From the NCBI GenBank assembly GCA_031835245.2, contig JAVKOQ020000070.1:124001-188000 (forward strand): a DNA stretch of 64,000 nucleotides. Direction: 5' to 3'. How positions within the stretch are numbered: position 1 is the stretch's first letter; every line of letters starts with the position of its first letter. Position numbers and translations under genes: made by a program. Shown one piece after another: positions 63,568-64,000 of the stretch. This DNA comes from Balamuthia mandrillaris (taxonomy: Eukaryota). The notes below the pieces were generated by a model. That model made no database searches and was not told the DNA's origin. It saw only the letters and a program-made list of their open reading frames with translations.

Positions 63568-63965
63568 CTTGTTCATTATTGCTGCAATAATGAACAACAA
63601 AGAGAGAAAGAAGCGGGAAAGATGAACAAGTGGAAGAGGAGGAGCAGATACTCATCTTTGTTCGTTTTTTTGTTCTTGGTAGTTGCTTCGAGACTATCTG
63701 TTCTTCACGGTATTGTTGGTGCTGCCGCTGAAGGACCTGGACGCGAGGGAGAAGCAGGTGGCCAGCCTGTTTGCCGCCTGCTGGGACTTTTTCGAGAGCA
63801 GCCACGAGGCGGAGGCCAATGAGGGCGGCAGCGGCGGCGATGCGGCCGTGGGCGGCACCGCTCAGGCCAACCGCCAGCTCGTTAGCTCCCTTTGTACAAA
63901 AGTTCTCGCTGCCATTTACCCTCACAGGTTTGTTTCCTACTTCTTCACTCTACTTTCATCTCTTC

Positions 63966-64000
<35 letters not shown>
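62973..64000 (+). CDS. 5' part of a helical-repeat protein, possibly Furry/TAO3/MOR2-like (truncated by window)
   Basis: MEETKVNVQELLMIEFLSSANKLLS/...FFVDQLLEWRKK.../LLRDYLFFTVLL...NRQLVSSLCTKVLAAI loosely resembles the MOR2-PAG1 N-terminal region. Intron signals present. Confidence 0.5.

Overview
Gene-dense, intron-rich eukaryotic DNA with short GT-AG introns that are often filled with CT-rich microsatellites. Gene content (RacA/RhoBTB-like GTPase, Frizzled/Smoothened-like GPCR, bacterial-type PurH) suggests an amoebozoan, possibly a Balamuthia/Acanthamoeba-like amoeba; this is inference. I reconstructed 18 protein-coding genes by splicing by eye, two of them cut by the window edges. The most unusual are: (1) one spliced ORF fusing RasGAP, a theta-like GST and four AHSA1/SRPBCC domains; (2) a chromatin protein combining an ASH2L/Polycomb-like winged helix, two chromodomains, a CDCA7-type zf-4CXXC_R1 finger and a KANSL1/MSL1-type PEHE motif, tail-to-tail with a divergent SRA+PHD gene; (3) a RacA/RhoBTB-like GTPase with a U-box after the first BTB segment; (4) an ankyrin-kelch-SPRY-kelch-BTB-BTB protein with a candidate U12-type AT-AA intron; (5) tandem intronless EXPERA paralogues and an intron-containing bacterial-type acyltransferase. 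Non-coding features include a MITE-like element with 27-bp TIRs and two recurrent upstream motifs. All domain calls come from recognising motifs by eye; no searches were run.
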